This document shows positions 45,681 through 51,567 of a stretch of 51,567 bases of DNA, piece after piece. Source of the stretch: Candidatus Microgenomates bacterium (GTDB lineage: Bacteria; Patescibacteriota; Microgenomatia; UBA1400; PJMF01); assembly GCA_015486535.1 (NCBI GenBank), contig WFRK01000026.1, positions 1 through 51,567 of the forward strand, read 5' to 3'. Positions within the stretch are counted from its first letter, which is position 1. Every line of letters starts with the position of its first letter. The translations under genes were made by a program, and so were the position numbers. The notes below the pieces were generated by a model, which was not told the origin of the DNA, did not search any database, and was given only the letters and a program-made list of their open reading frames with translations.

Positions 45681-48254
45681 TTACTTACCAGAAGGCACTA
45701 TTTTAACATATTTTCCGTCATAATCGATGTTAATTTTATTTCCCGCTTTAATTTTGCCATCAATAATTTCTAAAGCGATTTTGTCAAGGATCTCATTTTG
45801 AATGACGCGTTTCATTGGTCTGGCACCGTAGGCGGGATCAAAACCGACTTTGGCAATATGATCAATCAGCGCATCCGTAAATTCAACTTTAATTTCCTTC
45901 TCCGCCAATCTTTTCTTGACTGTTTCTAGTTGGATAACGACAATTTGTCTCAATTGGCTTGGAGTGAGTGGTTGAAAAATGACGATATCATCAATCCGAT
46001 TGAGGAACTCGGGTTTGAATTTTTGTTGGAGTAATTTTAGAATCAGCTGTTTTTGTTTTTGAGCATCATTCTTGTATTGGGCAATTAAGTCACTGCCTAA
46101 ATTTGAGGTCATGATAATGACCGTATTTTTGAAATCAACCGTTCTCCCTTTACTGTCCGTCAAGCGACCATCATCGAGAATTTGTAAAAGAATATTGAAC
46201 ACGTCTGCATGAGCCTTTTCAATCTCATCAAATAGAATCACACTATAGGGGTGACGTCGTACCGCCTCAGTTAATTGACCGCCTTCTTCATAGCCTACAT
46301 ACCCCGGGGGTGAGCCAATCAATCGTGCGACCGCATGCTTTTCCATATACTCGCTCATGTCGATTCGAGTGATAAGACGTTCATCATCAAATAAAAAATC
46401 GGCTAAGGTTTTGGCCAATTCGGTTTTCCCTACTCCGGTTGGACCCAAGAATAAGAATGAACCGATCGGTCGACCTACTTCACTAATGCCGGCGCGTGCG
46501 CGCCGAATGGCATTAGCAACTGCTTTTACCGCTTCTTCCTGACCTACCAACCGTTTAGCCAGCTCTTTTTCCATCTGGCTCAGTTTTTTACTCTCCTCTT
46601 GAAGCATTTTTTCGGCGGGAATACCGGTCCAACGAGAAACAATGTGAGCAATATCTTCTTCGTCTACTTCTTCTTTAAGGATTTTTTTATTTTTTTGCAA
46701 TTGAGCTAATTTTTGCTGGGCTTGTTTAATTTCCGCTTGTACTTTGGGAATTTCTCCGTAATTAATTTCTGCCACTCGTTGGAGATTAAGATCACGCTCG
46801 GCTTTAGTCGCCTCTCCTCTCAATTGATCAAGCTTTTTATTTGCCTCTTTGATTTCATCAATCGCTTTCTTTTCATTACGCCAATGTAGCTCGAGTTGAT
46901 TAAATTTCTCCTTTAATTCCGCCAAAGTTTTTTCAATTTCTTTTAGTCTCGCTTGAGATGCCACATCTTTCTCTTTCTTCAGCGCCCGTTTTTCGATTTC
47001 GAGCTGGCGAATTTTTCGCTCCAGTTGATCGAGTTCTTCCGGTTTGCTATCAATGGCAATTCTCACCGCTGAAGCAGCTTCGTCGATAAGATCGATTGCT
47101 TTGTCAGGTAAAAAACGATCGCTGATGTAACGATCGGAGAGCTTAGCGGCAGCCACCAAAGCATTGTCACGAATTCTGACACCGTGGTGAGCCTCATATT
47201 TTTCTTTAATACCCCGCAGAATAGAAATCGTGTCAGCGACACTTGGTTCTTTGACAAAAACCGGTTGAAAACGACGTTCCAATGCCTGATCTTTTTCAAT
47301 ATATTTGCGATACTCTTTCAGAGTGGTGGCGCCAACAGTCCGTAAAGTTCCTCGCGCTAAGGCTGGTTTCAGTAGATTGCCCGCATCGGTTGAACCTTCC
47401 TGTGCGCCCGCACCGACAATGGTATGAAGTTCGTCAATAAAAAGGATAATCTGCCCATTGGATTTTTCTATTTCCTTAATTACCGCTTTGAGGCGATCTT
47501 CAAACTCACCGCGATATTTTGCCCCGGCAATCAACGATCCCATATCGAGGGAGAGAATGCGTTTATTTTTCAGTGCTTCAGGCACATCGCCATCAATAAT
47601 TTTTTTCGCCAAACCCTCGACGATGGCCGTCTTGCCTGTGCCCGGTTCACCGACTAAAACGGGATTATTTTTTGTCCGTCGCGATAAAATTTGGGTAATG
47701 CGACGAATTTCTTCATCTCGTCCAATCACCGGATCGATCTTGCCTTCTTGAGCAAGTTTGGTCAAATCAATCGTGTATTTTTCTAAGGCTTGATACTTAT
47801 TCTCTGGATCTCTGTCAGTCACTTTTTGATTCCCTCTCAATTGCTTTAATACGTCCAAAACTTGTTTCTCATTAATATCTAGCATTGATTTTACCTCATT
47901 AATCTTCAATAAACCAAGCAGCAAATGCTCAGTACTGATGAATTCATCCCTTAATTTGCCTGCCTCACTTTCGGCCTCATCGAAAACTCGCGCCAGTTGA
48001 GCTGACAAATATGCTTGGGTACTGCCGGATACGGTGGGAAGAGTTTTGATTTTTGCCTCAAGTTGTTGGGCAATTTTTTCGGGTGATTGATCGAGATTTT
48101 GGAGAATAGTGGCGACAATGCCATTCGGTTGATTAATTAAGACCAAAAGCAGGTGCCAAACAGTTACTTCCGGATTTTTAAGTTTGCCGGCTAACTGCAT
48201 CGCTCCTTGGAGAGCCTCGGCTGATTTAGTGGTTAGTTTATCAAGATTTAGCAT
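45681..48254 (-). CDS. clpB: Chaperone/disaggregase ClpB
   Basis: 857 aa. It has two AAA+ modules (GEPGTGKTA and GPTGVGKTE) separated by a long coiled-coil middle domain, preceded by a Clp_N repeat. Confidence 0.95.
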   Translation of the reverse strand: MLNLDKLTTKSAEALQGAMQLAGKLKNPEVTVWHLLLVLINQPNGIVATILQNLDQSPEKIAQQLEAKIKTLPTVSGSTQAYLSAQLARVFDEAESEAGKLRDEFISTEHLLLGLLKINEVKSMLDINEKQVLDVLKQLRGNQKVTDRDPENKYQALEKYTIDLTKLAQEGKIDPVIGRDEEIRRITQILSRRTKNNPVLVGEPGTGKTAIVEGLAKKIIDGDVPEALKNKRILSLDMGSLIAGAKYRGEFEDRLKAVIKEIEKSNGQIILFIDELHTIVGAGAQEGSTDAGNLLKPALARGTLRTVGATTLKEYRKYIEKDQALERRFQPVFVKEPSVADTISILRGIKEKYEAHHGVRIRDNALVAAAKLSDRYISDRFLPDKAIDLIDEAASAVRIAIDSKPEELDQLERKIRQLEIEKRALKKEKDVASQARLKEIEKTLAELKEKFNQLELHWRNEKKAIDEIKEANKKLDQLRGEATKAERDLNLQRVAEINYGEIPKVQAEIKQAQQKLAQLQKNKKILKEEVDEEDIAHIVSRWTGIPAEKMLQEESKKLSQMEKELAKRLVGQEEAVKAVANAIRRARAGISEVGRPIGSFLFLGPTGVGKTELAKTLADFLFDDERLITRIDMSEYMEKHAVARLIGSPPGYVGYEEGGQLTEAVRRHPYSVILFDEIEKAHADVFNILLQILDDGRLTDSKGRTVDFKNTVIIMTSNLGSDLIAQYKNDAQKQKQLILKLLQQKFKPEFLNRIDDIVIFQPLTPSQLRQIVVIQLETVKKRLAEKEIKVEFTDALIDHIAKVGFDPAYGARPMKRVIQNEILDKIALEIIDGKIKAGNKINIDYDGKYVKIVPSGK

Positions 48255-48258
48255 AGTG

Positions 48259-48292
48259 TTAGCAGTCTACAATATTGCCTGCTAACTGTCAA
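48259..48292 (-). promoter_or_regulatory. CIRCE-like inverted repeat overlapping a putative clpB promoter
   Basis: The plus strand 48259-48285 reads TTAGCAGTC-N9-GCCTGCTAA. The CIRCE consensus is TTAGCACTC-N9-GAGTGCTAA. On the minus strand, TTGACA (48292-48287), 17 nt and TAGACT place the repeat across the spacer and -10. The repeat ends 4 nt from the clpB ATG. Confidence 0.45.
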
Positions 48293-48317
48293 CGAGATGT
48301 TAAGTTACACGGGCAAC

Positions 48318-49370
48318 TTATGTTGCCGAGTACCTTGTTCCTCGAGTTTGACCATGCTTAGTGATTAAATCAAGTTTGACGAGCTTGATGATATCATAGG
48401 CCAGTGTTCTTTTTGAAATGTGCCAGAAGCGGCGGTGGATAAAGTCAAGCGACGTATATGGATGGTCAAGGATAATTTGGTAAATTTCTTGTTGTCTAGG
48501 GATGAGTTTGTTGAGTTTTGTCCGTTTGGCGGGATTACTTTTTAAAGTTTCTGTTCTTTTGAAAGCTATGGTGGTTTGTTTTATGCCACTTAAAGATTGG
48601 TGTAAAGCATGCTCAATTGCTTGCATGACAAAAAGAACAAAACCATCAACTTGCCGTGTATTTTTCTCAAGTAAGAAATAATACTCTGAACGATTGGTAT
48701 CAATAAACTCTTCTAATGGAAGCTGTGTGGGTAGATAATCGATTTGATGAAGTTGCCAGTGCATCAAAAGTCGACCCACTCGGCCATTACCGTCTGCGAA
48801 AGGATGAATTTTTTCAAAGTAGTAATGACATTGAGCTAAATTGACTAGTGCGTCAACTGGCTGAATATGTTTAGTATTGTACTGCCTAATAAGTTCTCCA
48901 AGCATGATTTTGGTTTCTGCTGGTTCCGGGGTTAGGTAAGTGATGTTGCCTAGTTGGTCAAAGATCGCCGAAGAACTTGTGCGTAATTTACCTGGATGAG
49001 TTTGGAGACCATGCATGACTTGCTTGTGGAGTGTGAGAATATGATCAAGTGAAATGATACTGGGTAGTTTAGTTAATTCGTTATGAACTTGCATTAGATT
49101 AACTACTTCTCGTTGTGTTTCAGTTAAATTGGTGATGAGCTCAATCTGGTCTGCTTCTTGCAGTGTAAGGGAGTTGCCTTCTATGCGGGCAGAAAACAAA
49201 GCGCTCTTCAAGTTTCCACGTTTAAAAATATGCTCGATCAGTGGTTGGTTTTGTCGTTGATTGAGTTGCAAGTGTTGCCGAACAGTTTGAGCTAAATCTT
49301 GAATCTTCTCATGTATTGATGTGGCAAGATCATAGCTTTTTCTTGTTAGAGGTTGAGGAAACTGCAACAT
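48318..49370 (-). CDS. fic: Fic-family protein (class II, autoinhibited AMPylase type) with C-terminal winged-helix-like region
   Basis: The Fic motif is HPFADGNGRVGRLL (HxFx[DE]GNGRxxR). An N-terminal inhibitory-type motif SARIEGN ([ST]xxxE[GN]) is present. I prefer the ATG at 49370 (MLQFPQPL...). The track begins at a TTG at 49418, inside a repeat array. Confidence 0.85.
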   Translation of the reverse strand: MLQFPQPLTRKSYDLATSIHEKIQDLAQTVRQHLQLNQRQNQPLIEHIFKRGNLKSALFSARIEGNSLTLQEADQIELITNLTETQREVVNLMQVHNELTKLPSIISLDHILTLHKQVMHGLQTHPGKLRTSSSAIFDQLGNITYLTPEPAETKIMLGELIRQYNTKHIQPVDALVNLAQCHYYFEKIHPFADGNGRVGRLLMHWQLHQIDYLPTQLPLEEFIDTNRSEYYFLLEKNTRQVDGFVLFVMQAIEHALHQSLSGIKQTTIAFKRTETLKSNPAKRTKLNKLIPRQQEIYQIILDHPYTSLDFIHRRFWHISKRTLAYDIIKLVKLDLITKHGQTRGTRYSAT

Positions 49371-49379
49371 ACTAACCGT

Positions 49380-49420
49380 AATATAGTCTATATTGCAAGA
49401 TATTGCAAAATATTGCAAGA
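49380..49420 (-). promoter_or_regulatory. Three phased 10-bp direct repeats TATTGCAA(G/A)A plus a putative fic promoter
   Basis: Repeats lie at 49391-49400, 49401-49410 and 49411-49420, and each contains the palindrome TTGCAA. On the minus strand, the middle TTGCAA (49408-49403), 17 nt and TATATT (49385-49380) form a sigma70-like promoter ending ~10 nt before the ATG. Confidence 0.4.
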
Positions 49421-49518
49421 TACTTCGAAATAATGGTCAGTTGGTTAAGCACCAAATAATAGATAGAATTCAAGGATCAATTGCCGATTAATCAAATAAT
49501 GCTAAATTGAAATAATGA

Positions 49519-49560
49519 AGTAAAAAACGATTTTTTTGACTGAACCAAACATGGTGATAG
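49519..49560 (-). repeat. 3' half of the 16S rRNA processing stem (pairs with 51294-51330)
   Basis: 49538-49560 is the reverse complement of 51294-51316, giving 23 bp with one G-U. 49519-49529 pairs with 51320-51330 across an internal loop. Confidence 0.75.
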
Positions 49561-49671
49561 TTCCCTGGCCCGGACATGATCATCACGGGACTTTAGAGTT
49601 TTTCCCAATTTCACTTGCGTTTCATTGGGACAGGTCATAGGGGTCGTGATGCCCTTACCTGTGACTCCTTA

Positions 49672-51167
<1,496 letters not shown>

Positions 51168-51293
51168 AGTTTAATCTTCATCATCTAAATTAGATGATGG
51201 TTTGTTTACTTAACTCAAAAAATTAACGGTTCACTTTACTAAAGCTAAACAAGTTAGTGATAGTAAAAACCATTAATTTTATTTTCAGGTCCG

Positions 51294-51330
51294 CTATCAC
51301 CATGTTTAGTTCAGTCGTCGTTTTTTACTT
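51294..51330 (-). repeat. 5' half of the 16S rRNA processing stem (pairs with 49519-49560)
   Basis: See the partner feature. It lies ~126 nt upstream of the mature 16S 5' end, and the partner lies ~111 nt downstream of the 3' end. This is the classical RNase III stem geometry. Confidence 0.75.
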
Positions 51331-51341
51331 ATTAAAGAACC
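51329..51341 (-). promoter_or_regulatory. boxA-like antitermination element in the 16S leader
   Basis: The minus strand reads GGTTCTTTAATAA, immediately 5' of the processing-stem strand. Compare boxA in E. coli (TGCTCTTTAACAA) and B. subtilis (TGTTCTTTGAAAA). Confidence 0.4.
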
Positions 51342-51567
51342 AAAGCGCACGAGAAAAGCTTGCTTGATTAATAAACAAGTTTTTGGTCTCTAAACGCTTC
51401 AAATTTTCTTGAAAGAAAAATGTGTAAAAATCAGTTCCAAATGGCTTAACTTTTACAGGACTGTCAGTTTAACATAAGTGTGGCTGAAATCAAGCGGTAA
51501 AAATTTAAGCAAAATTGAGAAACCAACACTCCCACCAACCGAGAATTGATAATTAAAAGTATTAATC

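Noticed and set aside
49391-49420. Tandem repeats considered as a possible mini-CRISPR or satellite
   Set aside because: There are only three contiguous 10-bp units with no spacers, and no cas genes in the window. They are better explained as an operator or promoter element.
51466-51493. Possible 16S promoter (minus strand TTGATT-16-TAAACT)
   Set aside because: The match to consensus is weak, and several equally poor alternatives exist in the AT-rich leader. The real promoter may lie beyond the window edge.

Overview
All protein calls come from reading motifs by eye. No database search or folding program was run.

**Overall reading.** This 51.6-kb window reads as a gene-dense, moderately AT-rich segment of a streamlined bacterial chromosome using the standard genetic code (TGA is a stop). 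I infer a Candidate Phyla Radiation (Patescibacteria)-like organism. The grounds are a divergent 16S, housekeeping proteins missing accessory domains, and many polytopic glycosyltransferase-like membrane proteins.

**Left part (1-30 kb): mostly housekeeping.**
- Translation and RNA genes: rnc (partial), nusB, rpmF, tyrS, pheST, infC-rpmI-rplT, miaB-miaA, four tRNAs and RNase P RNA.
- Other core functions: recG, tig, comM/yifB, gap, pyrH, pcrA and tpiA.
- Envelope genes: a class A PBP, an O-antigen-ligase-like protein and a FemAB-family enzyme.
- Two type II toxin-antitoxin pairs are interspersed among these.

**Centre (30-43 kb): candidate glycosylation locus.** Two convergent operons form what looks like an extracytoplasmic glycosylation system.
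- The soluble part is an FAD oxidoreductase, a HAD hydrolase, an SDR epimerase and a DPM1-like GT2.
- The membrane part is five large GT-C-like proteins, one fused to a PA14 domain, plus a PEGA/SH3 protein.

**Right part (43-51.5 kb).** This holds lon, tRNA-Ile(GAT), clpB, a class II Fic protein and a stand-alone 16S rRNA gene.
- clpB is preceded by a CIRCE-like operator.
- fic sits behind three phased 10-bp repeats.
- The 16S has its own boxA-like element and a 34-bp processing stem.

**Most interesting signals.**
- The multi-paralog GT-C locus, which may be linked to the Pro/Thr-rich tail on the PBP.
- Compensated substitutions in normally invariant 16S decoding-centre positions (530 loop, C1400).
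- The fragmented rRNA operon.
- An uncharacterised coiled-coil protein behind a perfect consensus promoter.

**Not found.** No CRISPR array, integrase or transposase was seen.
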